A stretch of 63,502 bases of DNA, filler included, from Sphacelaria rigidula (taxonomy: Eukaryota), in NCBI GenBank assembly GCA_964200075.2. It is 4 parts of 4 records of this genome, joined end to end, with 100 filler letters (N's around TTAATTAATTAA, not from the genome) between each part and the next. Parts side by side here need not be neighbours in the genome. Positions count along the whole stretch, not along the records: positions 15,904 to 31,704 come from CAXNAA020001586.1; positions 31,805 to 47,603 come from CAXNAA020001587.1; 2 more parts are not named here. One strand, 5' to 3'. A model generated the notes under the pieces. That model did not search any database. It had not been told where the DNA came from and saw only the letters and a program-made list of their open reading frames with translations. Shown here one piece after another: positions 21,445-35,544 of the stretch (position 1 is the first letter of the stretch; each line of letters opens with the position of its first letter). The translations under genes and the position numbers were made by a program.

Positions 21445-22740
21445 CACGTCACGTCACGAACGAATTAACGTGATGAACGTAACGTGACGTAACGTGACGT
21501 AACGTTACGTAACTTCGGTTTTTTTACTGGAACGTTAACGTCACGTAATTTCTTTTTCACGTGCCAAACGAAACGTAACGTGAACGTTGAATTGTCCAAA
21601 CGTTCAAAACATGTATTATGAGACGTTACATTGAACGTGTAACGTCTATTACACGTTAGACGTTACACTTCACATGAAGCGGTGCACACTTCAAGTTTAC
21701 GATTAAATTTAAATTTCCTAGAAGATTGTGCTCCAATAAACACGAGTGAGTTTGAATGACCATGGTATTGGACATACTATTTCAGCAAGTTTGCGCGCTC
21801 CGCGCCACAGCACACATTTACAAGTTATCGTCGCAGAACAGCATCATAACGTCACATCATCCACACTCATATCAAGAGAAGAGACCGCGTGTAACGTACC
21901 CGATCACGTCACGTTCACGTGAAATAAGTACGAGGATCCAGGCGGGGGATCGGCGGGTACACAACCAGGGGTGCCGCAGCCTCCAGCCAATCTCGGCCGT
22001 TGCCTGCAGCTGCAGCATCTACCGCAACGGCAAACAGCAGCATCGACGCGAGACTCGCCTTTGACGGCCGGGTTGGACTATCTTATTCGTCCATGCATAC
22101 ATGCCATCAGTAGAACCAAACTCACTATACGTTTGTCTGTAAAATGCCCGGACGACTCAAGCCGGCGTTCAGTCATGCTCAAGATATGCCCCGTGTCCAG
22201 CATGTGCTGTCGTGCGAATGATCGTGCGAATGATCAAGCATTCGAAAATTCAAGATGAAAAATTGAAAACAAAAAGATGAAAACAACAAAGGAGGCATGA
22301 AAATAAAACGGTCAAAGACGAATGAACGATACACTATAGAGAAAATAGCGTTACACAATCACGTGATGCGCCCACGCTCAAACCTACGATGGGCCACCGT
22401 CACCGTCACGTACACGGTAACATCACGCCCTAAATGACGTTGCAATGCCTCAAACACTGGTAAATGAGTCGCGACATGCACAGCATGAAAGTTTACATTC
22501 GAACGTTACAAGTGACGTTGGAACGTTTCATATCACGGTACATGTAACGAAACGTGACAATACTTTTTTTCACGTGATGAACGTAATGTAATGTGACCGT
22601 TAAATTTTCAAGTGAAAAGTTCACGTAGCGTTCATTTTGTTTTTCAACGTGCCCAACGCAACGTAACGCGCACGTTAAATTCTACAGACGTGATGAACGT
22701 AACGTGAACGTAACGTGAACGTGTCACGTGCAAAGCCTTG
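21445..22740. mobile_element. ~1.3-kb probable non-autonomous DNA transposon with ACGT-dense subterminal arrays
   Basis: Dozens of AACGT/CACGT/TGACGT motifs cluster at 21445-21680 and 22480-22730 and are sparser in the middle. The right end reads ...CACGTGCAAAGCCTTG. Left TIR and TSD not resolved. Confidence 0.5.
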
Positions 22741-23031
22741 AAAGTTCTGACGAGCATAGGAGTGCACTCAGATTCAATTCGTCGGAGTCGGCCAGTTTAT
22801 GGATCGAAGTGGCCGAGGTGTGTGTAGCGTGCTTTCGTGCTTTTTTTTTCCCGACGTACGTTCAACATCAGCCTGCGACCAAGTCAGGATGGACACGGCT
22901 GACAGGGTATTCATTATTTCGTCCTTCACTAGGGTGTAGGATCTCGTGTGGAGTGAGCGGAGGGGCATTTCACTTGATCACTACCCTGTCCTTATATTGT
23001 TACGTTATTTACTGGGCAATGAACAAAGAGG

Positions 23032-23291
23032 GGGTTTACTCTCATGTTTTTGGAACGAAAAAAGGTAGCACATTTTTCGCACGCATTTTTCGGGTTGGAG
23101 CGCGGCGATGCACGCAGGCTAAACAACTCGAACACCCGTTCCGGCGCCCAAGCCCCACGCACAAGGTGTCTCGGCAGCATGCACGACCATTGGTTTATTA
23201 TTTCACACGTGGAATTAGGCTTAAATACTACGCGGACAAGGAGAGCCCGTGGGAGTACCCTTTTCTGGATAAAAACCGGGAGGGTACACCC
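23032..23291. mobile_element. MITE with GGGT(G/T)TAC-type termini; inverted relative at 25654-25877
   Basis: The core cgcatttttcgg.ttgg.gc.cggcg.tgc.cgc...gcacaaggtgt...ggcagcatg is shared between the two loci. Confidence 0.6.
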
Positions 23292-23378
23292 TACTCTACA
23301 CTAAAAATCTGTATCTCAACTTTTTTCATAACGCGTGAATCCTTCAATGATCAAGTGCATACAGGTACCAGTCTTTAA

Positions 23379-23910
23379 CCTTCTTTTGTCAAGTGGTGAG
23401 CGTACCGCCGGCTCCGCAGAAGGTACGCCGAACAGTCACAAACCATACCATTTTTGTTTGTGAAATTGCACCTCGCAAAAAAGGCCGAAACCCAACGATC
23501 AAGAATTTTAGCCCAGTGCTGCTTGAACCCCACGACCCGGAAGATCCGACGATGCATCCAGCCAGGGCGCGAACGCTTTTGTGCCGAATATCACGACTGT
23601 TCAACAAACTTGTGTGCAACATCTTGCCGACACACACGCGCCCAAATCGCGTCATCATGTGGAACATCAGACTGTTGCGGATTTGCCGTTGGATTTTTGT
23701 GATGTGCGGCACACACGCGTTTGCGCCCTGGATGCATCGTCGGATCTTCCGGGTCTGCGGGTCAACCAGCAGCGGGCTACAAAAATTTTCGTCGTTGGGT
23801 TTCCGTCTTTCCGGCGGGGTATAAGTTCACGACAACAAGGGCATGGTTTTGACTGTTAGGTGTATCTCTTGAAGAGCCGGGTGGTACGGTTACCACTTCA
23901 CAAAAAAGGG
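23379..23910. mobile_element. piggyBac-like foldback MITE (~200-bp TIRs)
   Basis: TTAA|CCTTCTTTTGT ... ACAAAAAAGGG|TAAA. The internal arms ccggaagatccgacgatgcatccag / ctggatgcatcgtcggatcttccgg are perfect reverse complements. Confidence 0.65.
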
Positions 23911-26900
23911 TAAAGACGAGTGTGCACGTGAACATTAACCGTCTTGGAACCCTCCCCTCCCGTCCCCGGGCCAGACTCCTCATTGTGAGAGGCCCTGACA
24001 AAAAAGGAAAGGTGGAAACGGATTAGACCGACGGCAATCATTCTTACTGTGGAAGACCCAAGGAGACTTTAGACGCACACGTCATGGATGTATCGAAAAG
24101 GAAAACCGGAGCGATCGGGTTGGGTTTGTCCAATGATATAACGCGACCGGCGAAGTATGTCCAATTGTATGCATCGACAACACTCTCCCAAAACAGTACA
24201 AACTCCCATGTATGTGAGTTTTGGTCAGTAGAATCTGTGAAATACCTCAATTCGAGTTCGGTGCACGAATATGTCACAAAATTAGAGTAGTGCACCATTT
24301 TGGTGGGCTGCATCATCAAGAGTTGGCGAGCGAGGGAAGCCACACCATACGGCTGGCGACAATGATGTGGAGGAGCACGTGGTTATCCCGTCGCCAGATG
24401 TGGAAGCGCTGAAGAGCGACCCACATACGATGCACGTTCAGCTGGAAGAGGTGGCTGAGAAACACGGCCAGGACGCTGCCAAGAGTTTCGCTAAAAAAGC
24501 TACAAAGCGGTTGGGGAAGCCGGTTGCCCCCAGCGCATAACGCCCCCTCCGCTCGCTTACCGAACGTCAGCACAGTAACCGCAGCAAGAGAAAATGCTGC
24601 GAGGCACACAGGATTGTGTGGAAGGCATCAGGTGGACGTGATTGCAAGCGTCCAGACAGGCGACATACTGGCAAACGGTCGACAACTGACCAGGACAGCC
24701 TTTCGCAACCAGCCTAACCCAACTACAACTACGAGTACAGTCAGTGAACACACTTCACTACAGTTCAGTAGAACTGAATAACGATGTTACGGTGTTGCAT
24801 GCAAGAAGACAGAAGGTGTGTAATACCATTGTATGACATCCCAACGCCGCTCACGAGGACATACGGTCTGAAGGAGATAGCACAAGCCGGATTTTTTCAC
24901 CTCACGCAGCACAAAGTGGGGCTGTGCGACATTCAGGCATGATCAACCCGCATTATGGAGGTAGTGTCGTGGAAACGTACAGCACAAAGCGCAGGATGAG
25001 ACATGCGGTAATATCACAGCCTACGAAATGGACAGCCTGTATCGGATATGCCCAAGTAACGGCCCCCGCCTATGCTGCACCAGGAGTATGTTTAACGGCG
25101 GGGTACATGACATCCTTGTCGCCAGTATGGGATGATCAAATCGCGGTGTGGTGCCGTACAAATCCGCACGACGGAGTACAGGAACGCGTATGACGCGAGT
25201 TCACACTTGGAAATAAGCTGAAAATATCATGATTACACGCAGTACAGAGGAGTAGATGAACACATCCCTACAGGGCCTGACGGTGACGGTCTCCGAATAC
25301 AGACAGTAGACGGGGGCGTCACTGAGGTATAAGTGCCGTCTGCGTCGCCTTTGTTATTCCAACTTAAGCGCAGGCTTGCTATGATGCGGCACGAAGCATC
25401 TACTGCAGCACGCTTCACGAAAGGTCAGCCATGCACTCTGGCGGGGGTTACAAGACACCGACGGGTCGAACAATTCGTTAAACCCGTAAAATAGAGAATC
25501 TTATTTTCTCCCACGTTTCATTCGCGCGGGTCTGAAAAGCACGCCCTGAGCGAATCGTTTGCTCAAAGGCTGTACAAAAAAAAACATGTTTTACCCGGAA
25601 AAACGTCAAATGTAAATCGTCAATTTTGCATCAACGGTTCCAAGAGGGCTAAAGGGTACACACGTGAAAGGGTGATTCAATAGACTCTCCTTTTCCGCGC
25701 CGTAGTTTAGCCTAAAAATAAAAATAAAACGGTCGGACATGCTGCCCAAACACCTTGTGCGCGTGGCTGGCTCAGGCGTAGGAACGTGCTTCCGACGTGT
25801 TCAGCCCGCGCGCAGCGCCGTGCCCCAAACCGAAAAATGCGTTGCCCCTCTTTCCACCAAAACATGAGGGTACACCCTTTCTTGCATACTACCCTTACTT
25901 TGTGCACCACTGCTGTTTCATTCATCAAACCCCCTCCGCGGGTCTCTTATTTTTCGTTGGGTATTTGTATATTTCTGCTCATTTATTTTCATGACTTCAT
26001 GTTCTCCTGTCACGCTTGTCAGGGCCTCCTAGTACCTCTGACGTGTTTCCGTTCCATTGCTGGGTTTGTGTGTGTATGTGTTTTGGGGAACTTCCATCAT
26101 CCTTCGCCATATGCCATTGGTCTTTGCTTCTTTCGGGTTTAGTCTGTTCGTTTTCTTCTGTTGACGGTTGAATGTTGCTCGTTCGTTTTCGTCTTGGACG
26201 TTTTTTGGGGGGATGCGGGCATCGTTTCACTCGTTCTGTACCGTTCTGTTTCTGTTTTTTCGGGGCCTGTGCGTGTGCGTCTGAATGTGTTGACCGTGTT
26301 CCTGAGGATTGGGGTCCTGTTTCGGTCCTTCCACGTTGAAAACGTCCCTGTCGCGCACACGGCAATCTTTATAGCGCAAACGTGCACGTGTTGGAAGTGA
26401 ATTGAAATGAATCAGACATTGAATACATCACCATCCCTGTACTTGACACGCTCACTTCCCGGCCGATTTATCGTTGTGGCGTACTGCGCTAAGCGCCACG
26501 TCGCCCCTGCAACTGGTGAGAGCACTGTGTCCCCTTCCCGCCGAACAAGATGGCCACGATGAGAATAAACTTACTCCCAGAGTACAGTACAGAAAGTCGC
26601 ACGGGGACTTCACGTCGGACAGTTGATCCCAACCAGAGCCCGATATGGCCCGGATCGGGGAGCTCAGATCTTGATCTTTCGAGTTCTGCATTAATTCCCC
26701 CAACCTGCGCTACAGATTAGAGGAAGTTGAGGTCCCCGCAATCTGTAGGAAGGTGACGTACGTACAGCGACGTACGGCGATAGGGCAAGAGGGATTCGAC
26801 CTTTGTGGAACCGCAGCAGCAGAGAGTCTCGCGACCGCACAGGCCGTGCGTACCCACGCCAGCTGCTGGAGTACCTTCGTAGCGCAGGTAGCGCGCACGG

Positions 26901-27518
26901 GATGTGACTAGCGGATAAGAAGTGTTGACGCCGTACCCTGTGGAGGTGGTAGTTTACTACCCTACCCTGTCGTATGTATCACCGCGACGAACGGTGCTGT
27001 GCTATCCTACCATCTTTTGTCGTCGTACTTGCAGGGCGATTTACGTTGTACTTGCAGGGTGACATACGGCACTGCACTCGCACTGAATTCTTCTCGCACT
27101 GTTTCGCAGTACTGACTGTACCATATATCGTGCGGCATTTTCGTACTGTGATGGGGGTGTGCTGCACTGGTGTATCACCCTAGCGTACCGCGGTACGATA
27201 CTGTACTCAATGAATGATTCACTGCCTCCCTCTTCAGCTTCACGAGCAAGCGATACCACAGGCCTGCAGAGGGTGACCCTCCGTGTACAGACTTGTTTCA
27301 ACAGATATGTGAGGCTAAAATGGAGCCCCTGAAAATCTGACTTTCGTAAAAGTGATGAGTCATCCCGACTTTGCACAGATTTAGGTCTCTGCAGATTCGG
27401 GATTTGTCCCATAAAAACTAGTCTAAAAGAAGCTTGATATCTGGGCGAATTTTGCATCCACGCTTTTATTCGTGGTATAATTTTGTAAGGTACGGCTGGA
27501 AAATACCAACCGTAGCAA

Positions 27519-27769
27519 GGGTGGGACAAATAATAATTCGTCTGGAAATTGCTTGGTTTTAGTATCATGAGTCGACTCGTGAGGAATCAATCCCAAGGCT
27601 TCATTTAAGCGTTGCAACCCAGGTACACTCAGCCCAGACACATGGAATGGCGCAAACGTTGCGTGGATACCCCTTGGACCAGCGAACAAACGTTTTTCTC
27701 CCTTTTGGGCAATCAGACCACAGAAATCGTGATTTTGGTTATTTTGAGTCGTGATGATTTGTCCCGTCC
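27519..27769. mobile_element. ~250-bp MITE; partial copies form both ends of contig 3
   Basis: TIR GGGTGGGACAAAT / ATTTGTCCCGTCC. 27531-27624 matches 47510-47603, and 27690-27764 matches 31806-31880. Confidence 0.7.
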
Positions 27770-29997
27770 TAAACGTGAACCGTAGGGAACGGTGTAACGA
27801 CGCTGGCGCATCCGGATATTCATATGATTTGTGTGCTCTTTCTTGTGCACGTCTTCGTCTGATAACGCTTACTTTTGTCACTCCAGCGCGGTCGTTATCT
27901 GTCCACGTGATTGGTTCACACTGTGCTCGCAAAAAAATAAAAATAAAACAACCGTGCATGCCGTTAGGGTGGTTTGCCCTGCGATTGTTAGAGGGTTTAT
28001 GTCCGTGCCTTGACCGCCAGGGTGGGTCACCAGAATCTTGGATCCATCTTTCCAGGGTATACGAAACTGGCATCGATTCAGCAGACGGCCAACCCTGTTG
28101 GTCACAAAGTCAAGATTGAAAACGATACGGATTCGGAAGATGATCCACCCTCGATGTACAATAATCAGCTCTTGATCGCCAGGGGTATTCATCCGTTGAA
28201 TCGCTTACATTTTCACTTGAAATATATATTCAGTGACCCAACCTGGCGTGTTACTGCTGTACGGCGAACTTCAACAAGGTAATGTTCTGGGTACATCGTG
28301 CCAACAAAGCAGACAACTTATCTCCCGGACCACTATGCTATGATTTGGGCGAGCACCGAGCAAAAAATGCTGCAAACTTACCTCCATCTAGTATAATGGA
28401 ATAGGATCATCCAGCAGCTACTTGCCACGTCCAGGTCCGTGTCCAGGAGGCCCGTGGCCACGCCCAGGCCCATGGCCGCGTCCCGGCCCAGGACCCGGTG
28501 CGGGATGGTGATGGGGGCCAGGGGCCGGGTGAGGCTTGGGGTGAGGGTGCGGCTTCGGTGGCATAATTCAAGACTCCAGATAGTTGAATGATATTATTGC
28601 TGCGTGGGCGCCTCGTCGGTGTGCTGTGGACGGGGGAGATGTCCTACTGCTGTGTGACGGGATACCGCGCAGACTAAAGACGTGAGAAAACCCGCGCGCC
28701 AAACTGACGTGTAACGACACATGGAACAATCTGCTGAACAGTCTGGAGTACAGTACACAGATCCTGCTTGAATTGGGTGGAATATGACCATAATTCTACG
28801 CGGAGCTCGGGTCTCAGAGAGTTGGAACTTCGGCGGTGGGTCACTCCAGTACGGAATGCATGGATATACGCCAGCAACTGCACATAAATGCTCTTGCTTT
28901 GGTCAGGTTTTCACAAGGTTTCGTTCAAATCTGGGGACCAACGATTGAGAAAAGCGAGTTCAAGCCTGAAAAACTGGCAGTGTTGCGCCTCATTTCATAT
29001 CACGTTCTTGACCACCCCCCCAAAAAATACCCTACTGTAAATTTGAGGGTGGGCGTGAGGGTGTGCGTTGTCATCCCATATATTCTGGACGCCAGTCTTT
29101 ACACTTTTAGATACATGTGGGCGCATCAGCCGGGATCACACAGCAAGAAGGCCAACGCGTGATTTTTTTTTTTCATATCGTATTTACCCCTCCTTCTTCC
29201 TCCTCCTGCGAATGACCATGACTGGAAATAGATGCAATTTTCTTGGCCAGACATGAGACAAATAGTGACATGATAAATAACGCTCATATCGGCTGGCAAA
29301 GTAAGATTTCGACCCTTGATCAAAATAATAATAGTCGTATCTTATGATCGAGCCGCGCCGGCGCTGGATGGAACGTCTCTGCTGCTACGTTCTCAACCGA
29401 TAAGGAACAACATATTCGTGAGAGTCGGAGCGTAATATCGGTTTCAGAGTTGATGCTCTAGCGTTCCTAACAGGCAACATTTTTTTCTTTTTGCTTGAGC
29501 AAAGGTCCTGTGCATGCAGCTACCGTGCAGTACCCCATTCGAGGAAGTCGGCGGTCTGATTGGTGAGATACCGCACAAAGCATTTTTACGCCTGGGGGGG
29601 GCATTTCGGCCTGCAACTGTTTCAGGCACTGATCGTTTTTCCCGAAAGAGGGGATTTTTTGTTGCAATGGACTGACACCGTCGTTGCGATCAAGTGATAT
29701 GTCAAGTTGATCGTGTAGGTGACAGATTTCATCGAAGCCACCGCTTCACCAGCTGGGCGCATTACTCCTCGAACTGTGGCGATGTCAAAATCGACGGGAA
29801 AGTCAATGGTTTCGGGTTTCACTCTGAATCCGATGTTACACTCTGAATCTCACGAGTATAGTGTTATCATGCCAAAACGGTGGTGGTGTCGGTTTCCTAT
29901 CACTGCAGTGTATGTATCCCTGCGCTCAGTTCGTGACCTGTGCCGCAAGGTCGAGTAGGTAGCTGCGAATGAACCATTTGGGTTTTGTGTACCTCTA

Positions 29998-30136
29998 AGG
30001 AAAACGGTCAACCGATAAAAAAACAGGGGAAAATTCCGATCACCTGACTGGTTTTGTAAGCATGCAGCAGTATCAGCAACGTGCCAGGTGCATGGGTAAT
30101 GTCGCACCACGAAGCGCGGACCGCCTCCCGCACGGG

Positions 30137-30174
<38 letters not shown>

Positions 30175-30290
30175 TCAGCAGCATCAGTAGCATATTTATT
30201 GCCAGTAAATGTACGTGACTGGAGGTGGGTGTGAATCAGCCGGTGCCGATGATGCTGCTGCTATTTCTGCTGCTGTTCTTGATCGTAGAC
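29998..30290. repeat. Dispersed repeat containing (CAG)n and (CTG)n tracts; second copy 31443-31704
   Basis: ggaaaacggtcaa.cgataaaaaa...ttccgatcacctgactggttttgtaagcat...gcagcagc...tattgccagtaaatgtacg...ttgatcgtaga is present twice. 30425-30520 also matches 31297-31390. Confidence 0.8.
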
Positions 30291-31704
30291 GGTCCGCGTT
30301 TCGATCGTGCGACAACACCCACGCACCTTGCGAGTGATAGCCACCGTGGTGGACAGCGCTGGGTACGTACTACCCGCCGATGGGTCTATGCTTGCTTACT
30401 CGGCACTCGGCAAAAACTCCAAGCGCACATCACACCATGTTCGTCGTAGAGTGTTCAAATGCACAACAGCACAGCGACAACTACAGCATAGACATGATGG
30501 GTGTGGGAAGCGCCTTCTTCGCTGCAACAAGAGAAGCTGATGCATACTGCATACAGTCCGTGTTCAGGTTCTGAAAAAAATACCAGAATTGTGTTGTGTT
30601 CAGTGCAGTACCCTGTACTCCATATACCATTGCAGAATTGTGTTGTGTTCAGTGTAGTACCCTGTTCTTCATGTAATGGGGTCACGTTTCGAGCAGTTTT
30701 TTCAACAGGTCTGCTTGTTTTTTTAACGTTCTGCTCATTTTTTTAAACATATTGTAAAAAAAACGAGACAGCTCTCTGTCACAGAAATCCAGTACCGGAT
30801 CTGGAATAGCCTGAGACAACAACCAATTTGAAAATTGGAATATTACGTAAATATAGACTGCTCCACTTCGCATCGCGCCTCCAATTTTCCTATCATTTCT
30901 TACATTGGAATGGAATGGAAAGTGGACAGAACAGACAGATGCCCTCAATGAAGAACAAGAGCGGCGTATAATCATAAAAGCAGTCAGCAACAGCACGGTT
31001 TCGGTTGCTATTTGCCACGCACGGGACCGCCTTTCATCCAATACTGGACGAATTTCCGTCAAACAAAGACTGTCTTGTGTGGATGATGAGCTAGCGCTTG
31101 AACAATGCGCGTGAGTGGTGGGTGTCTATGCGTCAGTTTTCGTGGCTCGGTGTGTCGGCGCTGTGCTACCTCGTTGCGCCTTGTCTGTAGGACTGCAGAG
31201 ATATTGGACTAACGTCCACTTTCAGAACTGCCGCATTTTTTACCTGTGCACAGATCTAGGCTTCGATCTAGACATAACTGCTTGTCACTCTCAGCGTACA
31301 TCGCACCGTGATCGTCGTAGACTATTTAGGTGCACAACAGCACAGCGACAACTACAGCATAGAAATGATGAGTGTGGGAAGCGCCTTGTTCGTTAGTCTC
31401 GAGACGAAATAGCCAACACACCATGCAAGTGTAATGCGTGAGAGGAAAACGGTCAAGCGATAAAAAAACAGGTCAAAATTCCGATCACCTGACTGGTTTT
31501 GTAAGCATAAGCATGCAACAGTATCAGCGGCATATAACGTGACGTGTCAGGTGCATGGGTAATGTCGCACGACGAAACGCAGACCGCCTTCCGCACGAGA
31601 AGCAGCAGCAGCAGCAGATCTATTGCCAGTAAATGTACGCGGCTAGAGGTGGGTCTGAATCAACCGGTGCCGATGCTGCTGCTGCTGCTGCTCTTGATCG
31701 TAGA

Positions 31705-31804
31705 NNNNNNNNNNNNNNNNNNNNNNNNNNNNNNNNNNNNNNNNNNNNTTAATTAATTAANNNNNNNNNNNNNNNNNNNNNNNNNNNNNNNNNNNNNNNN
31801 NNNN
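31705..31804. other. Artificial contig spacer
   Basis: 44 N + TTAATTAATTAA + 44 N. Confidence 0.97.
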
Positions 31805-32177
31805 CAACTTTTTTCTCCCTTTTGGGCAATCAAGCCGAAGAAATCGTGGATTTGGTGATTTTGAGTCGTGATGATTTGTTCTAACCGTGGAAGGTTTGGT
31901 GGGAACACGAAGCGACAAAATTTGACACATAATCCTGTTGCTCACCCACTAAAGCATCAACGCCACTGAAACGCATGTCATAGCCACCGCGGTGAACTGT
32001 GGCTACCTCTGTAGGTGTCAGGCGCCAAGCGCGAGTGTCTGCAGATGACGAGGCATGCCTTGAAATGTTGAGCACACGTTTCCAATCGCTGCGCAGCACA
32101 ACCACGTGGCAAAGCACGGACTCTGTTCTTCTTGAAATGTGGTTGTTTGCATATTTTAGCTGATGGGATTCTATTCA

Positions 32178-33540
32178 GGGCGTGTTGTAGAGCGTATCTC
32201 ATAATAGCACCTGTGTCTATGACGGGAAAAATCTGTTTGTAGGCGATCTAGTTCATTTTGCGCGACTTGGGTCCAATTGATTTTGCAGGCTTTCGATCGA
32301 AACAAGACGGTGAAGTTCGTGAAGCGGTACTTTGCTGTTCGCTTGTCTACAGTACAGAGTACGCCACTGTCTGTGCTGCCTGCATACAGTGTCTGAGTAT
32401 GTGTGCGTGTTTCGTACAGTGAGGCAACGTACAGTACAGGCGGCACAGGACTATCTGTACTCTCTGCATATCATGCGACCAGAAAAGGACTTGAACAACG
32501 TGCAGTTTTGTACCGCCCGCACAGTCCATGAGCGTTGACGCAAGTCGGTCGCCAAGCGTACCACGCAGTTCCGTCGCGGACCCCTACCCGAAAAGAATAT
32601 GCTCAAGTTTTCACCAACACAAAATGAGCACATCATGCCCAACTACTGCAGTGTATCAGTGTCTGTGCTCAGCTCGTGCTCTATGCTTCAGGGGTTCGGT
32701 TGTAACTGAGAATGAATTGTGTGGGGTTTGCATGGTTCTGTGATCGGGTGGTATCTGGCGTGGTGGTCTGCAAGGTAGGACGAATCAAGTGCCCCTTCGT
32801 GCCTGGCTCACCTATCAGATTGAATTTTTTCTGTTCCAGCGTATTTTTTCGATCAAAAATTAACGTGCGAAGACACGCCCTTAGTAGCGTATTTTTCTTC
32901 GATCCATAAAAAGTACGGTGGGATTGATTCGAGCGAATTCGTTCGTTTTGCGCGACTTCGGTCCAAGTGATTTTGCAAGCTTCCGATCGAAATAATACAA
33001 TGAAATCTGTGAAGCAATACTTGTTGTTCGCTTGTCTTCAGTACAAACAGTATTGTACCATCTGTAATGTCGGCATACACAATGCTGTGTCTGAGTGTGC
33101 GTGCGTGGTTCAAACAGTAGGATGTGAAAAGAAGCGGGCAGCGGGCAGTGCAGCCAGCACAGGAGTATCTGTACTCTCTGCACACGATGCGACGTGAAAA
33201 GGACTTGAGCAACGTGTAGTTTGTACTGCCCAAACTATCCATGAGCATGTACCCACGTCGGTCGCCCACCCTACCATGCAATCCCGCCACCGACCTCTAC
33301 CATAAAGATGCTCAGGTTTTCGCCGACAAAAAGTAAACACATCATACCCAACTATTACTGTGTATCCATCTCTGTCCTCGACTCGTGCTTTATGCTGCAG
33401 GGTTGCAGTGGTAGCTGAGAATGAATTGTGTGGGGTTCGCATGGTTCTGTGAACGGGTGGTATCTGGCATGGTGACCTACAGGTAGGAGGAGTCAAGTAC
33501 CCCATCGTACCTTTCTTCCACATGTTTTCGATCGAAAAAG
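32178..33540. mobile_element. Harbinger-type non-autonomous element (32178-32880) followed by a tandem partial copy (~32930-33540)
   Basis: TCA|GGGCGTGT...AGACACGCCC|TTA termini. The internal sequence (gaaaaggacttga.caacgtg.agtttgtac...ctgagaatgaattgtgtgggg) is repeated in tandem and found inverted at 36954-37490 and 54377-55280. Confidence 0.7.
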
Positions 33541-33858
33541 CCTGGACTCGGGCTAGGCTTATACCGATTATGGTGGTATAATTTCGAGCATAATTCCACC
33601 TTAGTCGCATGAACTGCGTAGCGTATTGGTGAGGAGCATAAGTAGCACGGGATTTCAGCGAGTAGCATGAATGCATATTATCCAATCAGCAGCATAATCG
33701 AGCATATCTTTCCATCGTAGAGGCTAGTACGAAAGCCTACATGCTTGCCTCCTTCCACATTTTGGCCGAAAAGCTGCGATTGATCGCGAGTCTTGAATAA
33801 ATACGTACGATTGTGTACTACTATTTACAAGACAGACCTGCAGACCACGGGCGTGACT

Positions 33859-34206
33859 TGGACCCACTTTCATAGCAGGCAAGAATCTCGAGTTTTTCGA
33901 GCACCAGGGGAGAAAATTCGTGGAACGCATTTCATGGGCAAGGATTTGGACCAAATTGAGGGCGAAAAAATCGGGGAGTCACGATCTCGGAACGGTTTCC
34001 CCCGATTTTTCGAAAAAACGGCGCAAATCGTTCCGAGATGCACGAGTACGCAGTACCACACTCATGCAGGAAATGACCGTCTGTGTACAAAACCGTTTCA
34101 CAAATCTGTGATACTGTACTATCTGTACCATAAAACGGTCCCCCCGATTCTTTCAAAATCTGGGTCCCAAAAAAATCGAGATTCGTTGCCATAAAAGTGG
34201 GTCTTA
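33859..34206. mobile_element. ~350-bp MITE
   Basis: Imperfect TIRs GACCCACTTT...GAATCTCGA.TTTTT / AAAAAATCGAGATTCGTTGCCATAAAAGTGGGTC. Confidence 0.55.
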
Positions 34207-35544
34207 GCTAACCCGGACAGTGGGTGGGTGTAGATTGTAGCTCCTCACTCGGTGAAAGGGTACGGAGTGTGGAGAGACGCGACGTGGACTTGAACCGGAC
34301 GGGCTTTGCGAGGCAAGGCTTGAGTTTGGATGACAGAGTAACCAGGTGCGGGACACATGGACAGGGTGCCTCCTAGGTGGGAGAATGGAGACCCAAGACT
34401 AGGGATTGGAGGATGACATTCCGAGGGTGACAGGCCCGGGATGATGGTCCGGGTTAACGTGCCCATGTTTGGTGAGCGGGTCGGGTCATACAGAGGTCAA
34501 AATCATATACCCCCCAACTACAGCGGTGTTAGCCGGCTACTCCGCTAAAGCTAGAGACTGGGATATAAACCTGTAGGGACAAGACCTAACGGACTCATGC
34601 AGTATAAGAGACGTTTCACAAGACATGTCTGGTTATATGCGCATGTTGAGCGAAACGTGTAAGGACTTAGACGGGACAATACCGTGATTTTATTTTTTCA
34701 GAATAAATCCTCAACGGAGGAGCAAATACATGATTTTAAAATGTGACGGGAAACCTGCGGGGTTGTGACGTATGTATTTGCAGACATGCGCGTACGTGTG
34801 GCGGGGATAATACTTGCCGAGACGCTATGACATGTGACGAGACTTGTCACGTTCTGAACAAAAAAAAATGATGAAAGCATAGTGAAGAACGGAATTTAAA
34901 TCGAGACGGGGTTCATTTTCGTCAAAGACTCAAGAATTGTTCTCACCACTACTTGGAACATGGTTGTAGTGACTGGACAAAATTGACTAGACGCGACGGT
35001 CTATGACGAGACATAACCAAGACACGTGCAAATGATGGGTGGATGCAATGATGTGTGCGAAAATGATGTTCGCCGGGGTCTTCATCCATCAACATTATTT
35101 ATATTTGTGCCGCAATCAAAGCATCAGTGACCATTGACAAATTTCTGAAATTTCTTCCATGTTTCGTCACAACAGCCTGAGGTTTGAATTCAGCAGGATT
35201 GTGATGTCAACACTTCGGTTTTTCCGGTCCAAAATTGGGGACCGAGATCACATTTTCAAATTGTTTTCCGTGAGGACAGTATGCACTTCAAGATGATGAA
35301 GGATTTTACGATGAACCAGCCGAGCGACCGACTGGGGTCCGAATCCATCAGTGGCGCAAGCTTGGTGGATATTTCGCAAGACAAAGTGTAGTTGGAGGAC
35401 CCCAACACGAAGATAAATGTTCATTGAATGCGCTGGACTACCGAGTACCAGTGTGGGAACGAGTGCACTTCATCGAGACCCGCGAAGAGATCATAATCCA
35501 GTGAACCTAACTCGGGTAACTAAACACACGTAACCACATTATAC

